Shown here: one piece after another, positions 9,388 to 17,953 of the stretch
How the letters are laid out: each line of letters begins with the position of its first letter
Numbering within the stretch: position 1 is the first letter of the stretch
DNA from: a virus
Taxonomy: Duplodnaviria; Caudoviricetes
DNA: 34,278 nucleotides
IMG/VR virus record: IMGVR_UViG_3300024262_000129
Location: 1 to 34,278 of that record
Strand: one strand, 5' to 3'
Program-made: the position numbers and the translations under genes
Notes under the pieces: model-generated
The model's input: the letters and a program-made list of their open reading frames with translations, nothing else
Databases searched by the model: none
Told to the model about the DNA's origin: nothing

Positions 9388-9767
9388 GCCTTATATTAAA
9401 AGCCCCTTACCCTGCGGTACAGACCACGACTTTGCTCCCTAGCCCTAAGTGGGGCGACTCAAAGTCGCTTACTTCTACTATAACAACCATGCGATCCTTA
9501 AACGGTACGCTCTACACGTATGTTAAATCTCGGGCGGGAAGAAAAAGATTCCAATGGGAGTTCGAACTGTCCCGCAACAAAGCACTTGAACTTCGCGAGT
9601 TTATCAACTCTTATCGCGGAGCCCTCATTCAAGTTATAGATCACGACGGCGACACCTGGATCGGATACTTGCGAAACAACCCATTTGAATTATCAGGGGT
9701 TGGTAGAGCGGTTGGATGGCCCGGTGGTGAAACAATGAATATCATGTTGGAGTTTGAGCAACGATGA
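9384..9767 (+). CDS. Distal tail (Dit / lambda gpM-like) protein
   Basis: 127 aa immediately before the hub protein. The pattern G-T-L-Y-T-Y...R-F-Q-W-E-F...L-R-E-F...G fits the tail-tube-fold distal tail family. Confidence 0.55.
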   Translation: MSLILKAPYPAVQTTTLLPSPKWGDSKSLTSTITTMRSLNGTLYTYVKSRAGRKRFQWEFELSRNKALELREFINSYRGALIQVIDHDGDTWIGYLRNNPFELSGVGRAVGWPGGETMNIMLEFEQR

Positions 9768-12700
9768 GAACACTAACGGCAAACGCAAACACCAAATTGA
9801 CTCAGAACACCGGCACCGAGTGGCTAGTGGTATTGGAAGTAGAGTGGGTGGAAAACGGCTCCACTTACTACTCCGACCAAGACTTCGCTCAGTGCGAGAC
9901 TAAAGTTCTCAGTATGTCTGGCTTTGATACTTCAATGCAGCTTGAAGGATCTAGTGACTCTCAAGAACTGTCTATTGTTCTAGATGACACAGACGGCTCA
10001 ATAAGAAACATCTACAATGTCAATGACATTCATAAACGCCCTGCTCGCATTTATATGGTCGAGAAGAGCTTGACTCTGGACGACAAGGTTATTGTCTTCC
10101 GAGGTGAGCTTGTTACCCCCATCGAATGGGACGAGCAGCAGCGTTCAGTCTCTTTTAACGTCCTTTCCAAATTGCAAGAACGCCAAATCGGCTTCAGCAT
10201 GGAAGAGGGCGACTTCCCGAATATCCCAGATGAGGCGCTGGGGAAGGCGTGGCCGCTCGTATTTGGACAGGTTTGCCACCTGCCCGCCGTCAAGATACGA
10301 GCGCCACGCCGAGGTTATTTGCAGGGCGGGGTGGGCATCCATGATTTCACCCTTGAGCCTCGTATCTGTCAAGTGTTGAATGTTCAGTGTCCTAGTCAGT
10401 CAACTGGGTCTCAGACCACATACACTCAATCGGCTGGTAATGTTTGGACATCCAACACGGTCAATACTGTCGGTCCTGATCTTGAATGTGTCAATCGACG
10501 GTATGGTGAAATCTGCCGCCTGAAGGATCTGTTGGACCAACAGGTCGCTTACGAGTATGCTACTATCACTATCTACAACGGGTCTTCATTCCCACAAGGC
10601 GAAGACACTGAAATCTTTATTGATAACGCTATCTTCACAGGTTACTTCAGCGGTAACACGTTCACTATTAACAATCGTCAACATCCAGATTATGCAGACT
10701 TTGAGCATCAGGCTTGTCGCACTATATCTAATCAAGGATATGGAATGCGGACCAGCCCGACTCAGTTTGGCGGAACCACTTGTACCAATGCTGGTGGTTT
10801 TTGGGCCATAGGAGGTAACACTCCTCACACTGCGGTAGCCTATACTACCGCTTCATGGGTGCCATCAGACGCCACATTCACGCACTTCACTGCTAACCAA
10901 ACATCGGATCAGGCTTTCGCTTCGTGCGATGAAGCTTTAACTGCCTCCCCTGGTTTAGTAGGAGGTCCAAGGGAGTCGTGGGAATACTATGACGAGATGG
11001 AGGAGGCTTCGTTCTTTTGGGCTCCGGCAGGAACCGAAGTGTTTATGGAGTCTGAATCCGAGATCCTTTATATTGTTTCTCTGTTGCCGGGAACCGTGGA
11101 CGGAGTGGCTGCGTTCCGAACCGCCCCTAATGGTTTCAAGTATCTGACCGAAGTGTCGGCAGATAAGTACACAGTCTACGAAACCGACTATGACGGCTAC
11201 CAAGTCGTGGAGATCGGCATGAGTAAAGCCTTGTCATTATACAATGACCAATGGCAAGACGACAACATTTACGTGTCATTCACCTCGTCGGTTGGCCCTA
11301 ACCCGTGCGACATAATCGAGTGGCTGGTGGGCAAGTACACTGACCTCACAGTAGATGCAGCCTCGTTCGCAGCAGTGGGCTCAGCTTTGACTAATTACCC
11401 GACTAACTTCTATCTGACAACTCGTCCTGATGTGTACCAAGTAATAAACGACATCGCATACCAATCTAGGTGTGCCATATACGTTCGTAACAACGTTTTG
11501 TACATTCGTTATTTATCAGCCGAACCTACCAGCGAGCGAACTATCAGCGAAAGCGATATCCTCTCTGGTACGTTTGTTGAGTTCCTGAGTGAGACTGAAG
11601 ATGTCTATACTACACATAACATCCAGTGGCAAAAAGGTGGAGCGTCAGTCCGCGACGATCTTGATAATGAACGAGAAGTTGTTCTTAAATACAATGTCAA
11701 GAAATACGGAACAGTAGAAAATGATTGGGATTACTACTGCCTCAATCATTTTGATCTGGTGTTGAAGTCAAGCACCTTCTGGCTGATACGTAAGGCCAAC
11801 TCGTGGAGGAAAGCAAGGTTCCAACTGCCGTTCAAGCATCTTGATTTAGATGTAGGAGACGCCATCACATTGGATGTAGATCAGTTCGGAGACTCCGTGA
11901 AGTGCGTCATCGAGAGCATGAACTTCGATCCTGACAATTACACTTTGGACATTGTTGTCTGGTCGCCGATTCGTGTTGGCGAGACTGAAGAGTTCTACTG
12001 GGCTTGGCCAGCAGCGAAGCCCTGCGTCTCCACTTGGCCTTTGGCAGGTGACGACAATGGTGGTGGTGGGTACGACTTCGATGTGACACCTCCCATTGGA
12101 CACATCCTACTAGGAGGTGCTCACCGAGACGACCAGCGTGTCATCACTTCTGGCGATCACAATCCTAGTGACGTGTGTGACACTGCGCCATCTATCGTTT
12201 GCGAACTAAGCGACTACCTGAACTTTGATGAGGTAGAACCAGAAATTATCGCGAAGCAGATAGCCCAATCCGCAGCACGGCAGACCATGGAAAACACCGA
12301 GACAGGTGGAGGGAATGCCGGAGGCGGGAACGAAGAAAAAGAGGAAGAGGAAGAATGCGGCACTGGTCCTGGTTGCAATTACAAGGTAATTGTAACGTGG
12401 CATAAATCTGAAACTCAGGGGCAAGCAACGGCCCTCGGTGGTGGTGCCTGTGGTGGTCCTTGTATTTGTGCTGGTGGTTGTCCTTCATGTACTGGTCTTG
12501 TCTGGCAAGTTTGCCACACGTTTGGTGCCGCTTTTGCAGCCATTCAATTTGCACAGTACATGAATGCAAATTACGGTAAGAAGATATCTGATTACTGGGA
12601 GTGTGGGGAGTCAGGAGTCACCGGTGCAACCCCTCAGAACGGCGTTCATGAAGGTCCGTTTGCAGGCGACTGCCAAGATGTAGAGGCAGCTTCAGGTGCC

Positions 12701-12769
12701 GCCCCTGACGGCACTGCCGCAGCCCAGACCTCTGCTCCTACTGGACTCACTGGAGATGAAGCAGAATGA
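9764..12769 (+). CDS. Baseplate hub / tail tip (central fibre) protein
   Basis: 1001 aa. LSIVLDDTDGSIR, GKAWPLVFG, NPCDIIEWL and DLDVGDAITL are hub-type motifs. Cys/Gly-rich C-terminus. Confidence 0.75.
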   Translation: MRTLTANANTKLTQNTGTEWLVVLEVEWVENGSTYYSDQDFAQCETKVLSMSGFDTSMQLEGSSDSQELSIVLDDTDGSIRNIYNVNDIHKRPARIYMVEKSLTLDDKVIVFRGELVTPIEWDEQQRSVSFNVLSKLQERQIGFSMEEGDFPNIPDEALGKAWPLVFGQVCHLPAVKIRAPRRGYLQGGVGIHDFTLEPRICQVLNVQCPSQSTGSQTTYTQSAGNVWTSNTVNTVGPDLECVNRRYGEICRLKDLLDQQVAYEYATITIYNGSSFPQGEDTEIFIDNAIFTGYFSGNTFTINNRQHPDYADFEHQACRTISNQGYGMRTSPTQFGGTTCTNAGGFWAIGGNTPHTAVAYTTASWVPSDATFTHFTANQTSDQAFASCDEALTASPGLVGGPRESWEYYDEMEEASFFWAPAGTEVFMESESEILYIVSLLPGTVDGVAAFRTAPNGFKYLTEVSADKYTVYETDYDGYQVVEIGMSKALSLYNDQWQDDNIYVSFTSSVGPNPCDIIEWLVGKYTDLTVDAASFAAVGSALTNYPTNFYLTTRPDVYQVINDIAYQSRCAIYVRNNVLYIRYLSAEPTSERTISESDILSGTFVEFLSETEDVYTTHNIQWQKGGASVRDDLDNEREVVLKYNVKKYGTVENDWDYYCLNHFDLVLKSSTFWLIRKANSWRKARFQLPFKHLDLDVGDAITLDVDQFGDSVKCVIESMNFDPDNYTLDIVVWSPIRVGETEEFYWAWPAAKPCVSTWPLAGDDNGGGGYDFDVTPPIGHILLGGAHRDDQRVITSGDHNPSDVCDTAPSIVCELSDYLNFDEVEPEIIAKQIAQSAARQTMENTETGGGNAGGGNEEKEEEEECGTGPGCNYKVIVTWHKSETQGQATALGGGACGGPCICAGGCPSCTGLVWQVCHTFGAAFAAIQFAQYMNANYGKKISDYWECGESGVTGATPQNGVHEGPFAGDCQDVEAASGAAPDGTAAAQTSAPTGLTGDEAE

Positions 12770-13338
12770 TAGAGTGTAACAAACGGCAGACCGTAGTAAA
12801 GCGATCGAAAGAAGGTACAAGCACCATCTTCCGTTGTTTGAACAAACAATCTGGCCTACAAGGTCAGGAAGTAGATGAGTGCGTTTGCTCACGCTGCCCT
12901 GTACGCAGCGTCGAGCACAAACGCCCCTGTAAAAAGAAACCTGCCAGCCTTAAGCCAGTAACCGTTGAAGAGTTTAACAACGTTAGCAACGAAGAGTTAC
13001 TGGCGATGGTGGAGGAGGCCGGTCTTGATCCAGAAGAACTGACTAGCTTACCTGTTGCCCCTTCTGACCCTAGCCAGCCGCCACCGAGCTACCCTCCCCT
13101 CACCATACAACTGTGGACATACAAGGAAGCAATCCTCAGATGGGCGAAGGCTGGCCGCCCTGTGCGATCTCAGGAGGAGGTAAAACGTATTCATCGAGAG
13201 CATTGCGAACCATGCGAATGGTATGACAAAGATAATGCTCGCTGCAAGGGGTGTGGATGTTTTGTATCTGTCAGTTCGATTGCCATCTCCAACAAACTAA
13301 AGATGGCTACTGAGCATTGCCCGAAAGGCAAATTCTAA
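12766..13338 (+). CDS. Cys-rich protein with DUF6171-like C-terminal domain
   Basis: 12 Cys. C-terminal CxxC...CxxCGC...KLKMATEHCPKGKF pattern. ATGA-coupled to the hub gene. Confidence 0.55.
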   Translation: MIECNKRQTVVKRSKEGTSTIFRCLNKQSGLQGQEVDECVCSRCPVRSVEHKRPCKKKPASLKPVTVEEFNNVSNEELLAMVEEAGLDPEELTSLPVAPSDPSQPPPSYPPLTIQLWTYKEAILRWAKAGRPVRSQEEVKRIHREHCEPCEWYDKDNARCKGCGCFVSVSSIAISNKLKMATEHCPKGKF

Positions 13339-13889
13339 TGGAAACCGCGTTCTCTTGGCTAGGCCAAATCTTCGAAGCGTTGTTACAGTTCGTCCCTCGT
13401 AGAGTAATTGTAAGAGCCACTGAGAGGGGTGTAAAGTGGTCACTGTGGAGAGAGCCAGTAGCGATGGAACCAGGGATACGATTTTACTGGCCTTTAATTT
13501 CTGACATTGAACTTGTAATAGTTGCAAGACAATCTTTCAACACACCTCATCAACCATTGCAGACAAAAGATGGCGTTGAGGTTGTAGCAGGCGGGGTGGT
13601 AGTCTACAGTATAAGCAATGTAGAACGAGCGATCGGAAAGAACAACTGGTCGCCAGAAGACACGGCTCAAGACATAGTGCAGGCTGTAATAGCTTCTGTT
13701 ATAACCTCGTATGAGCACGCTTTTATTCTAGCTAACATTAACGGAGAGATTGAAACAGAGATCACCTCCGAATGTCAAAAGCAGTTGAAGAAATATGGAG
13801 TCCGAGTTTCCCGTGCCGGGTTGTGTGCATTTTCGTCTACTCGTAACTGGCATCACTCGGGCATAGAAATTAACGTAGGAGGTGCCTGA
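13338..13889 (+). CDS. SPFH / Band 7 domain protein
   Basis: ERGVKW...PGIRFYWP, QPLQTKDGVEVVAGGVVVYSI, LKKYGVRV. ATG 13338 overlaps the upstream TAA. Confidence 0.85.
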   Translation: METAFSWLGQIFEALLQFVPRRVIVRATERGVKWSLWREPVAMEPGIRFYWPLISDIELVIVARQSFNTPHQPLQTKDGVEVVAGGVVVYSISNVERAIGKNNWSPEDTAQDIVQAVIASVITSYEHAFILANINGEIETEITSECQKQLKKYGVRVSRAGLCAFSSTRNWHHSGIEINVGGA

Positions 13890-14218
13890 TGGCTAAGAAG
13901 TGCCAGAAGTGCCGCGAAGGAAAGAAAACCAACATGGAGTCATCACCCACCCGCCCGCCTCGCGGATCGATCCGCAAGGCTAAGCGTGATGAGATGAGGC
14001 GTCAGAAGAAAGAACGCATGAGGAGCGTGAGGCAGGAATCACCCTCACCCTCCAAAGAACCGCATGAGAGCGGCGTAGAGCTTAGCGGTAGCAAGGCAAT
14101 CAGCCAGAGCGTCGTGAGCGTTATCAAACTGAATGTCGAGCCGCTTACACATGGACACAAGGTTCAGGAACGGGAAGGGATGTTTACGTCCGTGCCAGAC
14201 GTAGAGATCATTGATTGA
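13889..14218 (+). CDS. Small basic hypothetical protein with N-terminal CxxC
   Basis: GGAGG RBS and TGATG coupling. The 3' 174 nt are antisense to the exonuclease gene. Confidence 0.45.
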   Translation: MAKKCQKCREGKKTNMESSPTRPPRGSIRKAKRDEMRRQKKERMRSVRQESPSPSKEPHESGVELSGSKAISQSVVSVIKLNVEPLTHGHKVQEREGMFTSVPDVEIID

Positions 14219-14647
14219 TGCCCCGAGCAGCATTGTGTCACGTGGGTGCGACTGCCAGTAGGTATTGAGACCTTCCACTCCAAGCCAATAGGTGAGGAAG
14301 CCTCTCTCGAATCCCCAGTTGTGGGCCAGAGGCACCATCCTCTTTCCGTAGGGCAACTCACAGTTGTTCCACCACTCGACGAACAGATCAAATCCCTTCT
14401 CTTGCGACACGCAGTCAAGTAATGACTCCGCACTGATACCGTGCTTTTGTGTCGCCTCTTTGCTAGCCCTCTCTGGGTATTCAGGTCGCATGTTGAGGTA
14501 AAACGGCTTCATCTTTTTGTGCGGCTCGAAGTGCTGATCTAGCGGAACACATGCGATCTGAATGATCTCGTTGTAACCACACAGCACCCCGGTTGTCTCG
14601 ACATCTACTGCACACAGGATATGTCCGTTCATATTAAGTAAGCTCAT
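14045..14647 (-). CDS. DEDDh 3'-5' exonuclease (DnaQ / RNase T-like)
   Basis: ExoI DVETTG, ExoII AHNWGFE, ExoIII HDALAD. Confidence 0.9.
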   Translation of the reverse strand: MSLLNMNGHILCAVDVETTGVLCGYNEIIQIACVPLDQHFEPHKKMKPFYLNMRPEYPERASKEATQKHGISAESLLDCVSQEKGFDLFVEWWNNCELPYGKRMVPLAHNWGFERGFLTYWLGVEGLNTYWQSHPRDTMLLGASINDLYVWHGRKHPFPFLNLVSMCKRLDIQFDNAHDALADCLATAKLYAALMRFFGG

Positions 14648-15015
14648 TCAGCCACCTTCGCCGCTTTCTTATCTGCCCAATACTTCATCCTCTCGTAGAA
14701 GACCTTCTCATCCATGACTGGCTTGTCGCCGTGGTTAAGCTCGGCCAACGCCGATAGGTTCCATACTGCATGGGCCAGATGCGAACACCCCGAGTCCTCG
14801 TCATAGAACTCACCGTCGAAGAAATACTGAAGGTGTCTGAAGCAACTGTTGATGTATTCGTCGTCTGGTTTGTTGCCAAGTCGCCAGTTACCTTCGTTGT
14901 ACTTGTTAGCCCCAAACTCTTTCACACGGGCAACCGCTTCGGTCATCCATTTGAATGACCTCATGAAATAACTAAGCTTCGGTTTATTTTCATTGTATCG
15001 TAATGCTTCAGACAT
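14644..15015 (-). CDS. dATP/dGTP diphosphohydrolase-like protein (DUF5664)
   Basis: RYNENKPKL, FGANKY...NW..G, RHL, DEDSGCSHLAHAVWNL signature. Confidence 0.85.
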   Translation of the reverse strand: MSEALRYNENKPKLSYFMRSFKWMTEAVARVKEFGANKYNEGNWRLGNKPDDEYINSCFRHLQYFFDGEFYDEDSGCSHLAHAVWNLSALAELNHGDKPVMDEKVFYERMKYWADKKAAKVAE

Positions 15016-17764
15016 CGTTACCTTCTTTCCTAAGTTGTTTACCGGATCTAATATACCGGGCGCTGGGTTTTGTGCTCTTGTTAAATGTGAAGTTTCCTAT
15101 TATTGTTTGATTGAGATTTGGACATCGTCCTAACAGATAGTGCTCTGATAGTTTAGATTGGAGGGTCCGTCCTTTTTGCCACTCCTCTACAACGTGAGGT
15201 TCCAAGGTGGCAAAGAAACGTGTTTGGAATTCTGTTAATCTTATCGCTACTCCCGGAATCTCGTAGCAGTTCTCTTCGATAAACGCTGTCAGAGAATCGA
15301 TATTGTTGTCAGCAGCTTCCAGTTTTCCACGGGTCTCAATGATAGGAAGCATCAAACGCCCTGTAGCTTCAGGGACGTTGTAGTCCATTAAAGTCCGCAT
15401 GAAGTGTGGCCCCTCTTCCTTCAGCAGCACATACAACCGCTCTCTTGGTATCTCCTCCTCCAACCCTGATACACTCATAGCTGTTATCCTAGTGTCTCCA
15501 GGGAACACAGGCAGACTACTACGTTCATTAGACACTTGTACGAAGTGAAGGGTACTGAGGACATCTCTCACAACTCCACCTTTAGGATGAATAGAAATAG
15601 ACGTCCCTGTCACCCATTCTTTAATTTTGTTGTATGCTGCCGATCCAGCGCGTGCTACATCTACTTCATCAATGACCGCTAGTATTGCCTCTTCCAACTC
15701 TGAGTTGAAGCCACCTACAGACGTTAAGGCTCTGTCAGCTTTGGCAACTCCTCTAGTGAGAAGAAACTCTAACGCTTCGTGGAACGATGACTTACCGCAA
15801 TTCTGTGGACCATACATAAACAGATAGGGTAGTTTGCCGTAAGGGTTCTGGAACATACATGCTATCCACGCAGTAAGATAGTCACCACCTGTTCTGATGT
15901 TCCAGTCTTGGCACCAAGGCAAGTCGTCGATGTACTCATTCAAGTCCCTGCCACAGTGCTCCATCACACGATTCCAAGTAGGGTGAACTGGATGCTCGCC
16001 TTCATTAAGCTCAATAGGTTCATAGCGAAACTGGGCTCCGTCTCGATTCCATAGTCGCCCTCCTGGATACTCAGGTTGGAATGGATGCTTTACCAACGTC
16101 CACGCCTTGAAGATTGCACTTCCCAGAATTGGATCAACTTTAGGACACGTCTGTGACAAGTATGATTTGATATTTTCTCGTGGGTGTTCTACCCAGTCAC
16201 TTTCATCATTCTTTAGTGCCCAAGAATCAAACTTATAGCTTCGTCCAGCCTTAACTTGCAACGCACGGAATTGATCGTCTAATTCGGACCACATCATTTC
16301 GTTTTCTATATCTTCATCAGGCGTCTCAATTGCATCTGTTAGGAGTATCTCCCAGCCCTTTGCAGTTTTGACATATCGAGGAAAGTCTTTTTTCTCGTCT
16401 TTACGTTTCTTTTCTATGGTTAGGACAGTCTGCTTCCCTTTGGTGTGCAGAGACAGCGTTCTACCTTCTATGTTATCTGGCAGGTTTGTGTTTTCAGCTT
16501 TCAGTAGCTTCAATGCAGCTTGGAGGTCTTCCACTTCGTCGAATAGATATCCTTGCTTTTCGTCGGTCCCTTCATATCCATTACTGGACAGACAGATTTG
16601 CTTCAGGGTAGCTGGTGAGTTGTAGGCAATATGCGTCCACTTACCATGCGAGTCCCAAAGAGGGTCTTCAGTCGTGCCTTCGCCAAAGCGATACACATCG
16701 AATGCCCCATTAGGTTTCGGACGCATGAAGACATTGGGTTTACCAGGGTCGGTATCGCCCGAGTTGGTGTTGAATAACCCGCGTAGTGGAGTTCCTTTCT
16801 CTTCCATCATGTCATAGACATACTTCAGGCCAGCAGCGTGACCCTGCCATAGGTGATGGTCATGAACCCACAACGCGGTATGCCCTGTGCCTTCTAACTC
16901 CTCAAGTATTTTCAAGTGGGTCTCGTCGAGCGGGATCTCCGCAACTGCCTGCGTCATTTCATCAAGCTCATCGCCCTTGGTCTCTTCACCATTGGCATCC
17001 CATCCCTTTACTCTGACTTTGCTTCGCCCGCCGCTGGTGACTTCTATGTGGTCCCGCCAGTTCGGAGGGATATGGTCGGCTGTCAGATGTTGGGTAGCTG
17101 GTTTAACCAACTCATAACCTCGGTTCTCCTTGGTCATGTTGACGTGCCAGATCCACATGATGAGACCCTTGCAGTCAACGTTGGTATCGATGTTCAATCC
17201 TGTATGCTCAGCAATCAAAGGTATAAGGGAACGGGCTACTGCTGAGTGCTCGACATGGTTATTCGCGATTGGGTACGGCTCCTTGAACCAGACATACACG
17301 TGACGACCGTTGCCGCGAGTAGAGCGGATTACTTCGAGCCACGGTACGTCTATATTGTCAAGCTTCTCGATCTCTTCTGGAGAGATACCTACATCCTCGT
17401 TATGATCCAGAAGAGAGTCGAAGTCGAAACCTACTCCAATTGAGCGTTTGTTTCGCCAATCCCACCAACTTGTGCCAATAGCCTGTATCCTCTTTGGAAT
17501 CGAAAACTTGACTGGAGGATCACTGTAGTTTGGCTCAGTTCTGGAGTTGTATGGCCATCTCACTGGTCCGAATACTTCTCCACCTTCCTCGAACATGTTC
17601 GAGTCGCCAATCTTCACACCCCCTGGTTTGCAATTGACTTGCGTCTCTAGGGTGCTGGGGTGCTCCCCCCAACGAGCTATTAGTTCTGGGTTGTTGTGTT
17701 CTTTTGACAAGACGTTATTATAGTACGTCTTAAACGCTGTTGTAACTGATGGATTCTTACGCAC
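15008..17764 (-). CDS. AEP primase-polymerase fused to SF3 helicase (NrS-1 / DUF5906-like)
   Basis: N-terminal DFD and RSTRGNGRHVY AEP motifs. Walker A GPQNCGKS, Walker B VIDE, motif C SN. Start placed at GTG 17764 because GGAGG lies 5 nt upstream (the ORF track uses TTG 17776). Confidence 0.85.
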   Translation of the reverse strand: MRKNPSVTTAFKTYYNNVLSKEHNNPELIARWGEHPSTLETQVNCKPGGVKIGDSNMFEEGGEVFGPVRWPYNSRTEPNYSDPPVKFSIPKRIQAIGTSWWDWRNKRSIGVGFDFDSLLDHNEDVGISPEEIEKLDNIDVPWLEVIRSTRGNGRHVYVWFKEPYPIANNHVEHSAVARSLIPLIAEHTGLNIDTNVDCKGLIMWIWHVNMTKENRGYELVKPATQHLTADHIPPNWRDHIEVTSGGRSKVRVKGWDANGEETKGDELDEMTQAVAEIPLDETHLKILEELEGTGHTALWVHDHHLWQGHAAGLKYVYDMMEEKGTPLRGLFNTNSGDTDPGKPNVFMRPKPNGAFDVYRFGEGTTEDPLWDSHGKWTHIAYNSPATLKQICLSSNGYEGTDEKQGYLFDEVEDLQAALKLLKAENTNLPDNIEGRTLSLHTKGKQTVLTIEKKRKDEKKDFPRYVKTAKGWEILLTDAIETPDEDIENEMMWSELDDQFRALQVKAGRSYKFDSWALKNDESDWVEHPRENIKSYLSQTCPKVDPILGSAIFKAWTLVKHPFQPEYPGGRLWNRDGAQFRYEPIELNEGEHPVHPTWNRVMEHCGRDLNEYIDDLPWCQDWNIRTGGDYLTAWIACMFQNPYGKLPYLFMYGPQNCGKSSFHEALEFLLTRGVAKADRALTSVGGFNSELEEAILAVIDEVDVARAGSAAYNKIKEWVTGTSISIHPKGGVVRDVLSTLHFVQVSNERSSLPVFPGDTRITAMSVSGLEEEIPRERLYVLLKEEGPHFMRTLMDYNVPEATGRLMLPIIETRGKLEAADNNIDSLTAFIEENCYEIPGVAIRLTEFQTRFFATLEPHVVEEWQKGRTLQSKLSEHYLLGRCPNLNQTIIGNFTFNKSTKPSARYIRSGKQLRKEGNDV

Positions 17765-17797
17765 TGGTGCCTCCAAGGTATATTTCTTTCTATCTAC

Positions 17798-17948
17798 CTA
17801 TACTGTAGGCAAATTGACGAAAATACTCCACACAAAATGGAAATTATGTGAATATATTTAATATAATGCCGTCTCGTGACGAATTTGGAAACTTTGCTCT
17901 TTTTTCCATTTTGTGTGGAGCAAATCAGGAAATTTGCCTACAGTATAG
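17798..17948. repeat. Bipartite inverted repeat between divergent replication operons
   Basis: Each arm, read toward its gene, is TTTCCATTTTGTGTGGAG-N10-AATTTGCCTACAGTATAG. Arms at 17798-17843 and 17903-17948, with a 59-bp AT-rich spacer. Confidence 0.9.
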
Positions 17949-17953
17949 ATAGG

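Noticed and set aside
5858-12769. Diversity-generating retroelement or invertible tail-fibre system
   Set aside because: No reverse transcriptase, recombinase or near-identical TR/VR pair is visible; the paralogs are highly diverged.
17876-17953. N-terminal extension of ParB given by the ORF track
   Set aside because: It runs through the inverted-repeat arm and has no RBS; ATG 17954 fits the domain start better.
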